A stretch of DNA of 61,336 nucleotides, the filler included, from Catajapyx aquilonaris (lineage: Eukaryota): NCBI GenBank assembly GCA_000934665.2. It is 3 parts of 3 records of this genome, joined end to end, with 100 filler letters (N's around TTAATTAATTAA, not from the genome) between each part and the next. Parts side by side here need not be neighbours in the genome. Positions count along the whole stretch, not along the records: positions 1 to 20,379 come from JYFJ02006272.1; 2 more parts are not named here. One strand, 5' to 3'. Below the pieces are notes generated by a model. It was given only the letters and a program-made list of their open reading frames with translations, had not been told where the DNA came from and searched no databases. Each line of letters starts with the position of its first letter. Within the stretch, counting starts at the first letter, position 1. Made by a program: the position numbers and the translations under genes. Shown here piece after piece: positions 1 to 13,019 of this stretch.

Positions 1-640
1 AAGGTCACAAGGCTACGATTGATGGAGAAATTACTGGCTTCAGTAATGTATATGGGAGGGGGACTGTCATCTTCTGGGAACAGAGTAACAGTATTAGTTA
101 TTATTGATGAGATGTAGCATTGCAACAGAAGTATAGTTTTAAATACATTCATGAGAAAATGTGATTACTTGCCTCTGATTTAATGTGGATTGCTAACAAG
201 GCAATTGACCTGGATGAGACTTGATAATGACTTGGTTCTCTGAAAAAATCAAGAACCTCAGTACATTCTTCTGATTTGTTCAGTGCTACCTTATCTGACG
301 TGGAATGGACCCCAAGATTCCAGTGAAGGCCACTATTGATAATATCAATGCAGCCATAACACTCGATTTCATAAGGAATTATGATGTCTACAGCACAATC
401 AAGTAGAAAAGATGGCCAGTGCTGGCAACGCCATAGATCAGGTACCGGTAGGTGATCATGATGGCCATCCCATATATAGATGTTCCACTCAAAAAAGTGT
501 ATAGTTGTACTAGCGAGAAATATAGCACTCAGAGCCAGAAAGTTTCGCTGTATAGGACACTCCTAGAAGTTTAGCCGTGATGGCTATATTTTACAGGTGG
601 GAAAATATAGGACCAACACAGGATTTCTGGTTGTGGGAGA

Positions 641-836
641 CATATTTTTCTAGACATGTGTTCTAGAAGCCGTATGTCAGTCACAGCTAAACTGTTTTGT
701 TGTCATTCCTAACTCATGTAACTCGGTGTTTCACATATTTTTCTAGGTACGAGTTCTAGAAACCGTGTTAGTCATAGCTAAACTGTTTTGTTGTCATTCC
801 TAAATCATGTAACTCTGTGTCTGTCACTTTTTCTAG
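641..836. repeat. Two tandem ~93-bp imperfect repeats rich in TTCTAG motifs, probably subterminal repeats of the CMC/EnSpm element
   Basis: Units start catatttttctag at 641 and 734 and share gctaaactgttttgttgtcattcctaa-tcatgtaactc; they lie just downstream of the transposase end. Confidence 0.6.
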
Positions 837-1098
837 CAACATCACCTATACGTATGGGTTCACTTCAGCTTGCCGCGATTAGGTATCAGAAATAAACTTA
901 CCCAGTTCCTGAGAGAGAATAAGTCACAAAAAAACACCTTGCATTCAAATATAACTTTAATTTCCCTGATTAATCACATTACAATTATTTTACAAAATAT
1001 GATATAAAGTAACATAAAATTTCCCATTGGATGCCTTTGTGTACATTTGGGGGGCATGATCCAGTAAATCCCGCAGTAGGACACACTTTTGTGCATGT

Positions 1099-3469
1099 TT
1101 AGCTCTTTACCTCGTATGCATGGAAATGGGAGGAATATGTCACACAAGTCAGCAAATGGAACAAAAAGCAGACCTCACTAACATCATTTACAAGTATAGC
1201 AGCAACTAATCCAAATTCTGGGCCACCGTCACAATCATCACCGATTGCCAAACAGGTATTCTTTTTGTAGACGGTACCTTTTGAATTGACAAAGGAATAC
1301 TGTGAAAACTCACTGAAGGAAGAAGGCAACAGTACAGGGGAGAACGTAACAGGTTCTTCCAGAACTCCCACTTCAAACTTAAGAACCATCCCTCTGAAAT
1401 TCATTAACCTGTACCCCTGTAGGCAACTTTTAGTTGGGCTTTAACAGCCAGTGTGTAAGCGATGTTCCGTCGAGATTTAGTGGCCTTTGCATTTTGAACA
1501 GAGGACTGATGGAAAGCTTCAAACCTACGGCATGATATGTCAAGTACATTTCCTGATAGTTTCATCATACGTGGATAATGTATCCAATAGTGGTGCTTTG
1601 GTATCAGGGTGTCACGAAATAGCTCAGGGTAAAGACGGTGATGTTCAGCAATTTTCTGAGCAAGAATTGACGAAAGTCCCTCTTGCATGTGCCGGCACAG
1701 GGTGATGTCCAGAATATCTCTCACAATTAGGTAAAATCTCCATACTGGATCATCCTCATTGACAAGATCACCTACTAGCACTGCAAATATTCTTGTGAAG
1801 GTCTGCATCTCACTTGCAGTCAGTTTTATGGAATAAGTTTTGATAGATTTTTCTGGGAACAGGGGTGGTTTGTTCGAAATTCCAGGGCTGTATGGAAAAG
1901 TTACCATTCTAAAATTCAAAGTACCAACATCAAAATACTTCCCTACATAAATGACATGGTATATGTCGCATGTCATAAACAAGTCCACCTTCAAAGATGT
2001 CATGCATTTCATCAACATAAGGATTGTCAGTTGGGGAAAAATGGTCTATGCCTTGCAAAACACTGGCACAATTCACTCCGGTCTCCGTCACATTATTTGC
2101 GTCGATGTCAAGTTGGTGCTGTACTTCATCTCGTAGTAAGGAGGGATCTTCTGTGCATTGAAAATGCAAAACATCTTTGTGAACGCAGCAAAATCTACAT
2201 GGGTCATTAGCAGAGAATCCTTCAGCAAAACCAAGTATGGAATGAAGTCCCAAGTAATCGCCACACATGAGTCCAAGGGAAAAGTAAACTTTCTTTAAAG
2301 TGCCACCAGGCAATGTAATATCGATACCTTCCCGTTGCAAGTAATTCAACTCATCCACAAGTACTTTAAAAATTCTGAAGTTGCCAAAGTCTTTCCTATC
2401 CACATAACTGAAGAACATGGCAAGAAATATGTTTTCAAGGACACTCTGGTATTCAGAGGGGAGGCATGCCACCTTGACATAAACTGCACCAAGCTTTGCA
2501 CTATGAGAACCCAACTCTTTATCAACCTCAAAGTCATCATAGAAAAGAAAAAGAGGAATGACCATGCCATCATATTTACTCTTTTTCATTTGCCAATGCT
2601 TCGAGTGAGTAAAATCACCTATAATTCCACAAGGTGATTCAGAATTCAAAGATTCATGAATAACATCGTATACAGAAGGTAGTTCCAAAAACCTTTTGAA
2701 AACAATCCTGAGAGGCACAAATGTGCCTTTCACAGGGCCCAATTCAAGCAGTACCTTGTCACCGACTCTCTTGCTAAACATGTCATGAGAAATAATAAAC
2801 TCTACAGGCTCAATGTAATAAACACCCTTGTCTTTGACATAAGCTATTCTCCTATGCTCTGTAGATAGGCCTGGGAATGGATCCCTTATGGTTTGGAACA
2901 TGTTATCGACTTCTGTGATAAAGAGTGGATTACAGTTAGCATCATCTAGTTTTTCTTTTACATATATCTGAACAGTTGTGAGAGTACCTGAATGGAATTC
3001 TGATGTGTGCTGAACAAAATCTTGAACCATCTTTCGAGATGCACCTGTGGTACTATACAGCTTAGCAATAAGAAGTCCAGCATGAGAAGTTACTTGACTT
3101 TTTAAATTATCTGGACTCAGAAGTCGTCTGTGTGAGGTTGCAAGATGCACAGAGTCACCAGAATTGGAACTGGTGTGTGCACTATCATTTCTGTGCAAAG
3201 ACCTTGCAGTCACTTGACTGGAATTATCCAGCATATTGTTCTCAGAAAGAGTAGCTACTTGAGTTCAAAATTACAGTTCCATCACTCTCAAAATGATGAA
3301 AAGTTACGAGATGTCTCCTAAATCTCTTCCAACCAGAGAAGGTTGTATAGCAATTATTCTGGACACATTCGTATTTATCATTGTCACCTGTCTTATGCAC
3401 TCGTGCTAAATGCACTTTCAACAAATGAATGCCAGAAAAGATAAGTGTGCATTCGCTGCATCGAATCAT
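1099..3469 (-). pseudogene. CMC/EnSpm (CACTA)-type transposase, frameshifted
   Basis: Four consecutive minus ORFs in different frames. N-terminal C2H2 fingers (CSEC..HLARVH; CVQNNC..HLVTFH), then LFYDDFE..LGSH..KLGAVY, GDYLGLHSILGF..CRFC, DEMHDIFEG and PKHHYWIHYP..RRFEAFH, motifs typical of animal EnSpm transposases. Frame changes near 3240, 1950 and 1404. Confidence 0.85.
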
Positions 3470-3627
3470 TTTTCTAGTTGACAATAAAAATTTAATGCGA
3501 AGAAAGGAATATAAAGGTAGAGAGATCACTATATTGTGGATAAATGATCCTGTCGCATTGAATGTTAACCCTTACAGACTTATCCTAGCTAGTGTACAAC
3601 ACATCTTATGCGTGTGACCAGAGCTAC

Positions 3628-6600
3628 TCAAACTTGTCTAAATTTCTTGAGAAGTTGGGGCAGGTCGGGATCCTTCTTCAAGTCATCAAACTTTGTTTTG
3701 AGGCCGTACAGTTCGTGCTGAATAAGCCTCCACAAGCGATGACTTTCAGAGCTGTAGTCTGCATTAAGGGCATGTATCACCTTGAAGCAGACATCCAGGG
3801 CACGTACAGGTGACGGAATCAATCGAATCATATACTTGATATTATCGATGACCACATAGCAAGCATCAACGTCCTCCACAGATGGTCCACATACAACCAC
3901 ATATGGTTGTGAAGACATGCCCCACTTGTACAATTTGTCTGTACGGTCTCTGATAAACTTATCCAAGTTTCCTACCCCCTGAAAAAATTATGAAATAATA
4001 ACTAGTTACAGAAGAGTGGGTCAGTTGCACATGGTGTTTCATTAGGTAGTCCCCCAAGGAACCAACTAAATAGAATGTAATATGAAGCATCGCGTTCGAG
4101 TGTGTCTAGAACTCTAGATGCTGGTGGAGGACATTTCCAGCATTTACTGTGAATGATGCTACATTCCCATGAACTAAGGTCATTTGAAAATCAATCATCA
4201 TGTTGCTATGTTCAGTAGAATGGGAAGAAAAGTATTGGCAGGTTCTTTATAGTCCGGCAGTTAGAGGTGCAGAATTTGGAAGGATTACACCTTTAATGAT
4301 AGAAGCATTAATTTTGGCACACTTGCAGACAGCACCCTAATGGACGTTTTTGGATATAGGGCCATCTCAGATTTCTTCTGTAACTAAATTGGCAGCCATT
4401 TTTCAAAATGGAAACTAGGTGTCATGTAAATGTCTTATTTTTTGTAGCTATTCATGTTCAATCATTTACTTGTGGGCATGAGATGCTTATTAGAAGTGAA
4501 ACATACTTGAGAATTTAAAATGAAGCATAACCGTATATAATATGATGTTTATATTCATAATTTATAGCACAGTAGGCATATATCATTTTTTAAATTCTCA
4601 AGTATGTTTCACTTATAATAGGCATCTCATGCCCACAAGTAAATGATTGAACATGAATAGCTACGAAAAATAAGACGCTTACATGACACCTAGTTGCCAT
4701 TTTGAAAAATAGCTGCCAATTTAGTTACAGGAGAAATCTGAACCAAAAACGTCCATTAGGGTGTTGTCTACAACTGTGCCAAAATTCATGCTTCTATCAT
4801 TAAAGGCGCAAGTGTTTCACCTATCTGCCGTACTATTAGGGGTACTATCCAATGAAACACGCTATACCACAAAACTGGCAATTTCACTCACCTTGATGTG
4901 GGATATGAATCCTTCCTGGATTTCCTGGTGTGGTGGCCTCCACGCTTTTCCTTTCTTTTTTCCCTTCGCAACAGTGATAACAGAATCAAGTTGACTGAGG
5001 GTGAGAAGAACTACCAAGTTTTTGGTTTCTGTAGAAAACCAGAGAAAAGTAATGCCATTAGTTGCTTGGAAAAGAACTCCCTGAAATAAATATATTTCAC
5101 TTACCAATAGGTACTTCATCATTGTCCAGAATGTCCAGGCTCTCTTTCAATTTAGGCGATTTCGGGCTTTGCTCATGTAATGCCTGAACTGCTTTGCCAT
5201 AAAAAGATCCCCAGGCTGAATAAATTTTCAGCTTATGGTCTGGGTACAAGTTGTTGAAATCAGCTTCCAGCTAGGAAAAGATATGAAGTAAGATTTGAGC
5301 CTTTCAAAAGTAAGTTAATTGATTGGTGTTAAGTATAACAGCATGACACACCAGTGCATATCCCAGATTCTGCTGGAGTCCTTGGTATTTTTTGAAATAC
5401 TCATCTACATGGCCAGCACCCTGTGCCTGCAGGAATTCAGTTCTCCATTGAGATGTGTCCTCCCAGTAGGACACCACTTGCTCCCAAGGAACCTCGTTTT
5501 CTTCTAAAAACGCCAATTTGTCTTCCAGATGAGCAGGAACTTATGCAAGGTAAAATTGGAATCACACACAGGCTCAAGAAAAATAATTACCTAGTAAAAT
5601 GCTACCATAGAATTAGAAAATATGAACCCCTTTTGATACATGAATAATAATAAAAGACAACATCCTCCAGAATACCTGATATAGCAGTGTTTCCACCTGT
5701 ATGGGGGGTTTTGCTGTCTTGATCCTTAATGAGGCCAACACTTTTAAATTCCTTTCTCAGGGTGTAGTACTTGGAGATTAGTTTCCCCTTGGCAAGATAT
5801 TTCGTCCCATTTACATTTCTGTATGGCATGTAGTAGGTGTCCTGTAAGATACACAACTAAGTCAAAATCTTTTGATATTTCCAGTTGAAAATCTTAATAT
5901 TAATCGCATACTCCCCATACCTCACATTCCCCTGGAAAGACTTCCTTAATGGCCGTCACAAATTTCACAAACCTCTGCGATTCAATTCTGAAAATGAAGA
6001 AAGATTAATGTACTGCCTTAATGCAGCCGGACCGAGAAGTAATTGCATGCTTGCAAAGATAACCTGCCAACTGACCTGTCTTTTCCTCCCAAAGCATGCT
6101 CTATGATAATGTCTGCAAGCTTCAGTTGATCTTTCTCCAATTTTAGGATATCACTCCTCTTGGAGAGTGACAACAAGCATCTTCCAGTTCCAGACTTGCA
6201 CAAGAGCTTTCTGAGGGACTAAAGAATACATACCATAATTATAAGGATGATTCAAGAATGGTATCCTGTGCTATGCATCAGACTAAGGCAGTTTCCCCAC
6301 TTTTCAGCTAGTTTGGGGTGGAAGTCTGGTCCGCATTTTGTGGTTACTAATTGGTCATAGCAATAAAGCCCAAAGCCCCTCCAGGGGGTCAGAGGGTCAT
6401 AGAAAAAGGGTTTCGCGGTTGCCAGCGTGACTTTTCCTTCAGAAATGAAGATATCATTTACATCATAATTTAATTACATGGGACCAACATCAGCATCGTT
6501 GGCAATTCACATATGATAAGTTCGGGCTTCCAAGAAAAAATATTTTAAATATGATTTTCGGATGACGAAGTAGTAAGGGCCATTTCCACCAACGCGAATA

Positions 6601-7421
6601 GGGAAAGTCAAACGTAAGCCACGATTAAGGCTGATTTGTGTTGGTGGGAAAAACCAGTGCTGGGAGATGTTCCTCACAGTACAAATTGAGGGTAAAAGAC
6701 AAGACAAGGGCACAATCATGCTGTTACGACCTTGGTGACCATACTTGGAATATGCCTCTTTTTGGACAATGTGATTATTAATAGAACACATACCTCTCCG
6801 TTATCAATGTCACCATCATTATTGTTGTCAGTGACAATCGGGATGTAGCTGTTAATACGCTTGGGTGGAATGTCTGTATAAGAATAGAAAATGTCAATTT
6901 TGCCTGTGCAATATGGTACCCAATTATTTTCAAGACATTGCTTTCATTCCCAGGAATCAATGAAAGAATAAACTCACCATCCAGTGTGTCTAGTTCAGAA
7001 AATAATTGTCGCTTCAGATGTCTTGGGACTGGGGTGTCACAATTCAGTGGTTCCGTTGGATCTACATGTGTTTCCAAAGTTAGGTCCAACGTACCTGGAG
7101 GCGACAAATACACCACCTGCTGGTTTTTTTCTGATTTCTCATCAGTCAATGGTGGGGTGTAGATCAGGCACGAACCTGGAGTGGTGAATAATTGTGGCGA
7201 GTCACCATCAGGAGCAGCCCCCTATTGAAGAAATGCACACATTCATTAGTAGTCCCTATGATTTCTCCAGGCTGATATACACACACATTATTCAGCAGGG
7301 GCCTTGCTTCTTTCATAAACTTTAGCCTATGTCCAGGCAGTGGTATCAATAAATTCCTTTAAAATATCTTGGGATTCTTCATCCAGCAATGCTGCCAAGG
7401 CGTCCATATCAATGCCATTTT
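3628..7421 (-). pseudogene. Spliced accessory gene (ORF2) of the EnSpm element: N-terminal SAM-like domain and SAMD3-like C-terminal region
   Basis: Short GT-AG-bounded minus exons at approximately 7421-7000, 6210-6075, 5987-5920, 5842-5675, 5535-5352, 5270-5105, 4990-4892 and 3979-3628. Peptides ENGIDMDAL..ILKE/IPLPGHRLKF (SAM-like, frameshifted), KEVFPGE, KGKLISKY, and QPYVVVCG..ALDVCFKVIHALNADY..LWRLIQ..YG. Confidence 0.7.
4249..4838. mobile_element. Palindromic MITE (~270-bp arms) in an intron of the accessory gene
   Basis: 4290-4520 is the imperfect reverse complement of 4590-4810; a further short outer inverted repeat pairs ~4033-4055 with ~4839-4862. Confidence 0.8.
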
Positions 7422-7748
7422 CTGTTAGAGGATAGTCAAATATTAGGCATATCAGTGTTGAGGAATTGGTCCAAATACGATCTATGGTCTAAAGTTCTGG
7501 GCCTGTTGGATGCGACAGCGTGGCTCGAATAGTGTACAATTATTTCTCAGGAATACAGAAAGTGGAGGGGTGCAGTTGAACGCTTGCGGCCAAAGTGTTC
7601 AGGTGCTGGGTTGCAAAACGTGTCATTTTGCCTACTTTACCGTATGAAAATCTTTCACGAGTAGTTTGTTTTATTTTCTTGACAACAATATGTTGAAGTG
7701 AGAGCTAATTTGTTAACAGCTCCACAGTCCACACTATAGTGTGGACTG

Positions 7749-8034
7749 AATTTCATTCATATTTTTCAGCACCTACATACTCACTAAAAGGCTTAAGTGT
7801 ATAGGGTAGTCCATATTATTTTAGACGAGTCGTTTAAAGACGCTCAGAGCGATGGCAGCCATAACCATGCTATGCTATGCAATAATAACCTATGCTAAAA
7901 GAAACTGTCAATGACAGTATGGTTATGGCTGCCATCGCTCTGAGCGTCTTTAAACGACTCGTCTAAATATGGACTACCCTATACACTTAAGCCTTTTAGT
8001 GAGTATGTAGGTGCTGAAAAATATGGATGAAATT
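7749..8034. mobile_element. Foldback/MITE with ~115-bp inverted arms
   Basis: tttttcagcacctacatactcactaaaagg...gatggcagccataacc is mirrored at 7918-8034. Confidence 0.8.
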
Positions 8035-8372
8035 ATTGTGCCTTTTGTAAGTAAGCTATGAGCATAAAAATTAAATTTCATCCGCATTTTGGTCATAGTT
8101 TTGAATATTACAATATGAAAATACGCAGTTTTTACTTTTAATTTTCAGAAATTTATTTCTTTTCTAATGGGCCATTTTCAACTTAGATGTCATTGTTTAT
8201 CATTACTCAGATTTTTTTTTTTTTACCATTCATTGTTCTTTTAGAATATTTTGAGGGTAGCCCATATTTAGACCATGCCTTTCAAATTCGTGATTTCGAC
8301 TTTTTTGTGAAATTAATAATTTGCAGCAAACAGTATTTTAAGAACCCGTCGAAACTCTATACACATAAAGTA

Positions 8373-8460
8373 TCCTCCGTCCGACCCAGGGATCGAACTC
8401 GGGACATTAGAGCTTAGAGGTGGAAGGCTGTGGTGCTAACCATTCCGCCACCCTGTCGCC
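8373..8460 (-). mobile_element. tRNA-derived SINE-like head
   Basis: Minus strand ggtggcggaatggttagc (A box) ... gagttcgatccc (B box); no convincing cloverleaf. Confidence 0.55.
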
Positions 8461-8488
8461 CTTGCAATATACAGTATCTACTGATCAG

Positions 8489-8850
8489 GTCTTGACTAAG
8501 GTGTGGGGACGGAAGTCTGTGGTTTTACTGTAGCTGTGGGGACCAGTTCCAATTGTGGGGACATTTGTCGGTCCCCACAGTCTCACACACGCGAAGTGTA
8601 CCATTACAGTGGGGACATGTGTAAATTAGTGGGGACATGTCCCCACTATTTTCATTTGTAGGGTTTCACAAAAGTCCATTTTTCTCAGCCTAGGTTACTT
8701 AGGGTAGGGTAGGTTAGGTAGGATAGGTTAGGTAAGGTTAGGTTAGGTAAGGTTAGGTTAGGTTAGGTAAGGTTAGGTTAAGTTAGGTTAGATCAGTTTA
8801 CACTCGCAGTGAAAAGTGATCAATGTCCGTCCCCACGCCTTAGTCAAGAC
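8489..8850. mobile_element. MITE-like element with 25-bp TIR, internal GTGGGGAC motifs and an imperfect (TTAGG)n tract
   Basis: gtcttgactaaggtgtggggacgga vs tccgtccccacgccttagtcaagac; TTAGG-like run ~8700-8790; TG-rich right flank. Confidence 0.75.
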
Positions 8851-9729
8851 AAGAGTGTGTATGAATGTGTCTGGCTACACAACTGTGCTTTCATGAACAG
8901 ATTTTTCTTGCATGTACACTTCTATAACATTCATTACTAGTTACTCTCTCTATCAAACAGCAAGAATGACCCTCTCATTCGACAAATTTGTCACCTGAAA
9001 CACACTACATGTGACCTACTCTTACTAATGAGAAGTTTCAGTTAGAACTGATACAATATTCATGGGCATCCTAAACAATGCCATTATAAAATGATATCCC
9101 ACACCCATTATTAATAACAATAATAATTAACAAAAAACACATTAACAGAGTCTCATGCAATATAGAAGGGAGCATCATGAATATAAAATATATACATTAT
9201 ATCAATATAATACCACATTACCTGTGCTACTAAATGGCTCAGTAATTGAATCACACTATTCATAAATAATGAAAATTAATGATGAATTTTCAAATTTTCT
9301 ATTGCATTCATTAAGAATTGCAGAGAGAGCATCCTTAAATGGATGCTTTACAGTCTCATGTAGAATATTATTATTAATTAGTTTATTATAATTACCTTGC
9401 AAAACATGCAAAACATTTGGTGTGGGATGAGGAGACTCAGAAGTTGGTGGTAGAGTGGGTGGAGTAGTTGATGATGGTACTGGATCGGTAGAAGGAGGGA
9501 TTCTTTCACGACCTGGTGCCTTGTACCAGTCCTTCCTCACCACCCACCTTCCCCCTCCTGCTAATTAGTCCCTTCCTGTCCAGCTCACCCTCTCCTCTCC
9601 TCCATAGACTTATCGGGTCATGACCCCGCGTCCTTCTTGCAACCCTTCTTCCAAGCCTCCCTACCTTGACCCCCACAGAGAAGTACTCCATAAATAGGAG
9701 GTGGACTGGTGGGCTCGCCCTCTTTCACC

Positions 9730-10790
9730 CTATCCCCCATTTCCACTTGAAGGCCTTCCTGTAGAGGCACCTCCCCGAAAGCTAGTGTTGTGCTGCACCA
9801 CATTTGTAGTTGCACTGGTACGACTGCCCCCAGTGTTGTGGTGGCTGCTTTGGCCAGATGCACTGTGCCTATTTCCAGTCTCTGAGCATTGCAGCAGAGC
9901 ATCAAGGAGGAGCTTGCAGTCTTTCTGGTGGGCGTTTCTTGTTGTGTTTACGACGGCGTTGGACCAAAATCTACTATTGGAGGACTGGCTCCCTTCAGCA
10001 CTGTTGCTTACTAAGCTGTTCTGCATCCCTGCATCGGTAGGGTCGCTCCCATCATATTTGGGTTTAGCCCCCAATCCCTCACAGTTGGTAGGCCGGCTTA
10101 TTCTCTCATAGTTGCTGCTGTCTATACTAGGCCATAGCTTGTCATTGAGAGCATGGCTGCTGCCATCACTGCTGTTGACAGCCCAGAACCCTGCATTGGT
10201 CATGTTGGTGGTGGACCTGGCCTGACATGCCTCAACTGTAGAGGAGCTGCTCACCTCATTGTCGCTGTCCCCTCATATCTCACTGGGATAGCTGGTAGCT
10301 CTGGCCTCATACCTGTCACTGGGGTAGGTGCTCATCTCGTGGTTGCTGGCAGACCTTGGTCCAAGTCCCTCACCGGTGGAGTAGTGTCTCTCAAGGATGC
10401 TGGTGCAAGCTCCAGGTCCCAATCCTTTATGGGCGGATTGGCTTATTTCATTACATCTGCTGATGGTAGCCCCAAATTTTTCACTTGAAGTAGGCTATAA
10501 TATGGGTGTGTACTCACTCTTGCTGGAAATACCTGCGTGGAACCCATCACTGGCAGAAAATGTGCCCTCATGAATACCATTGCTGCCTGCCCCAAATCCC
10601 TCGCATGTAAGGCTTACGTCCACAAGGCTGCTTGGAGTGCTGGTATGGTACAGGATGATGCGCCCAGCACTTGATGGTTAGAGGAGCTTGGTGGTCACTC
10701 GGATACGTGTAGTCGTACACGTTCCATTGCCCTGGACCCGGCATGTCGGGCATCGGCCAAGATGCGTAAGGCTGCTCGTCCATCACAGGA
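9730..10790 (-). pseudogene. Degraded Ser/Gly/Thr-rich repeat-protein reading frame, product unknown
   Basis: One minus frame runs ~10675-9730 with two internal stops and recurring EGxGA/P-type units; joined to the upstream MDEQPYASWP ORF by an inferred frameshift; CCAAT boxes upstream at 10920-10960. Confidence 0.35.
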
Positions 10791-11109
10791 AACTGAGGCC
10801 GGACTAGTCACCTTTCTCCATGTTCGTTCGAACTTCGAATGAGAAAGTCGTTGGAAACTACGCATTAGAATGAAAGAGGGGAGTTACAAGAGGCAGCCAT
10901 GACACACCTTAGACGGGCCATGATTGGCTGCCGCGAACTACTTGTGGGATTGGCCAATCGGGAGCTAGGCACGCTCGTCGTTGCTGCACGCGTTCAAGTC
11001 TCCCGCGAAATTTGACCGTTTTCTTACGGGTTTCCTCTCATTCTAATTTAATCCTGCTGTTTTAAAGCTCCAACTTGAAGTTCATGTCGAGAAGCGAGGA
11101 CACCCACAC

Positions 11110-11435
11110 ACCCTCCCTGCGGCCTATTAGGAGTGGGGGCATGAAAAAGACAATTTTCAAAGGTACTGTAAAAACCTCGGTAAAAACTAACCTTAACTAA
11201 CCTAACCTACCCTATGTAATCTAGGCCGAGAAAAATGGTCTTTTCTAAAAACCTTCAACTGGAAATAGTGGGGACTTGTCCCCACTACTGCAAAAGCAAA
11301 CCCGCAATTTTCTTGTGGGGACCGTAAATGTTCCCGGAAGTGGGGAAAATGTCCCCACATATGAGTGAAAGTCCCCACAGTTACAGTAAAAACAACTACT
11401 TCCGGTCCCACTTCCACAGCTTATTGAAGACAGCC
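11110..11435. mobile_element. Inverted, diverged relative of the 8489-8850 element
   Basis: cctaacctaccctatgtaatctaggccgagaaaaatggtctttt matches the reverse complement of 8671-8718; multiple gtggggac/gtccccac motifs; CA-rich flanks. Confidence 0.7.
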
Positions 11436-12089
11436 GACAGGTACACACACGCACAGTCTTGTCCAGAATTAGCTGTGGGGACATGACTAACACAACTTTT
11501 GAAACCTAGTTTAAACTGACACGCACACAATATCCTGAACCCTAGCCAAATGGCCCAAGTCGGAAACAGCGAGGAGAAGGTGATGAAGAACATAAGGCGA
11601 GATGAGAGAAAGGAGTGTTCGGTTCCATAGGACTTCAGTCTCAGTGCCTGCCCCTTCCTCTTGAAAATGCAGAGAATATAATACTGTATTTACCTATACA
11701 GAGACATCCTCCAAGTCTTTTTCGTTGTCTCTTCCAACGTCCATATTATTTTGTTTTCAGTCACACTAGCACAGGACCAAGTCTACTTGAGGGGTATGCA
11801 ACGACGGTACGATGAGACCAAGGGGACGCGGACGCCGAGTGTACCTATACTGCTGCCCGTTAAACGAACAGGAAGACGGGAGGGAAACCGAGGGAAACTA
11901 ACCAGCTGGGAGTCTGTTCCGTTAGTTGGATGTGAATAATGTTAAATTAATATGTAGTTAATTGTAATAAATAATGCAGCATGTGGAACACGTTTCATCA
12001 CACTGAATGCGGCCATTTTTAGGTTATAACTGTTGTAACCATTTATGTAACTGTTAGTCAATAGCAACATAATAGCAGCTTCCTGGATA

Positions 12090-12240
12090 CCACCCAGCCA
12101 ATGCCGAGGCCGGAGACACCACCCGACTCGGACCAATGGGAGCGCCCGTTGTAACCGATATAGCCCATTTCTGTTCGCCATCTTGATTTTTTCTTGTTCG
12201 TTCAATTTCTGGTCCCGAGAGAAGATCGGCAGGTGAGTTG
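12090..12240 (+). promoter_or_regulatory. Putative promoter and non-coding first exon of the exu-like gene
   Basis: Two CCAAT boxes (~12098, ~12134), a GCCATCTT motif (~12177) and a strong donor AG|GTGAGT at 12232/12233; the link to exu is inferred. Confidence 0.4.
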
Positions 12241-13019
12241 GTTTCATGGGACCGATGATTCACGCATGAAAATATAATATTTCGACACTCTAGAATTCAT
12301 ATTTGGTGTTAAATGGGGATCATAATTATGGCCCTGAGTAAATGGCAATCGAATAGTGGGTTCGGTTATTTTTGTACCGTGTAATATTAATTGTGTTGGG
12401 AAGTTTCGATCAGAAATTTCAAGATGTCGATGTGATTTGTACTCGATGAGTTGCCAATACTGTGTTTAGCAATCAAACCCCCTATGCTGCTTTATACTCT
12501 GTCCATGCATACGGAGCCTGCTGGGGTCGTCGCCAGGGGCGCTGCTTGTCGTGGGAGAGATACCGTAGAGTGGGGCAGGAGTGGAGCGACTTCGGACGCC
12601 CACACTATACTTTTCTCTGCTTGGGTCAGTGTGACGGAGACTCACTGGGACTCTGGGAGTCCAAAAAGCTGTTTGTCAAGGGAGTTGGACAGAATGGGTT
12701 CGCGAGCTACAGATTACATCATGAGCAAGCCAGGTGCACATTGAGAGTACTTCTTACGCAGCACTTTCATTCCCCTACTCAAAACTGATGTAAATGAGGG
12801 TATGTGCTAAAGTAACTAGTGCCCACACTCCTCTGTTGCACGGATGTAAACTGGAACACATCCGATTACGATTTGTAGTGTCATAATTCCTCTCCTTGCT
12901 CTCCTTCTTCCCCGAGTATTGGTTGGAACAAAAATTCTGGGTTGTAAATACGATACGTTTTGTGTCTTTCTGTTATTTTGTGGGGTGACTTCAGACATGG
13001 GGAGGAAGTACTGTACATC

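Noticed and set aside
526..545. CACTC-starting candidate EnSpm TIR
   Set aside because: No matching inverted copy found upstream of ORF2
150..563. Stop-free minus frame of ~138 codons without an ATG
   Set aside because: No recognisable motif or convincing splice structure
8700..8790. True telomere or chromosome fusion site
   Set aside because: Short, imperfect and enclosed by TIRs of a dispersed element
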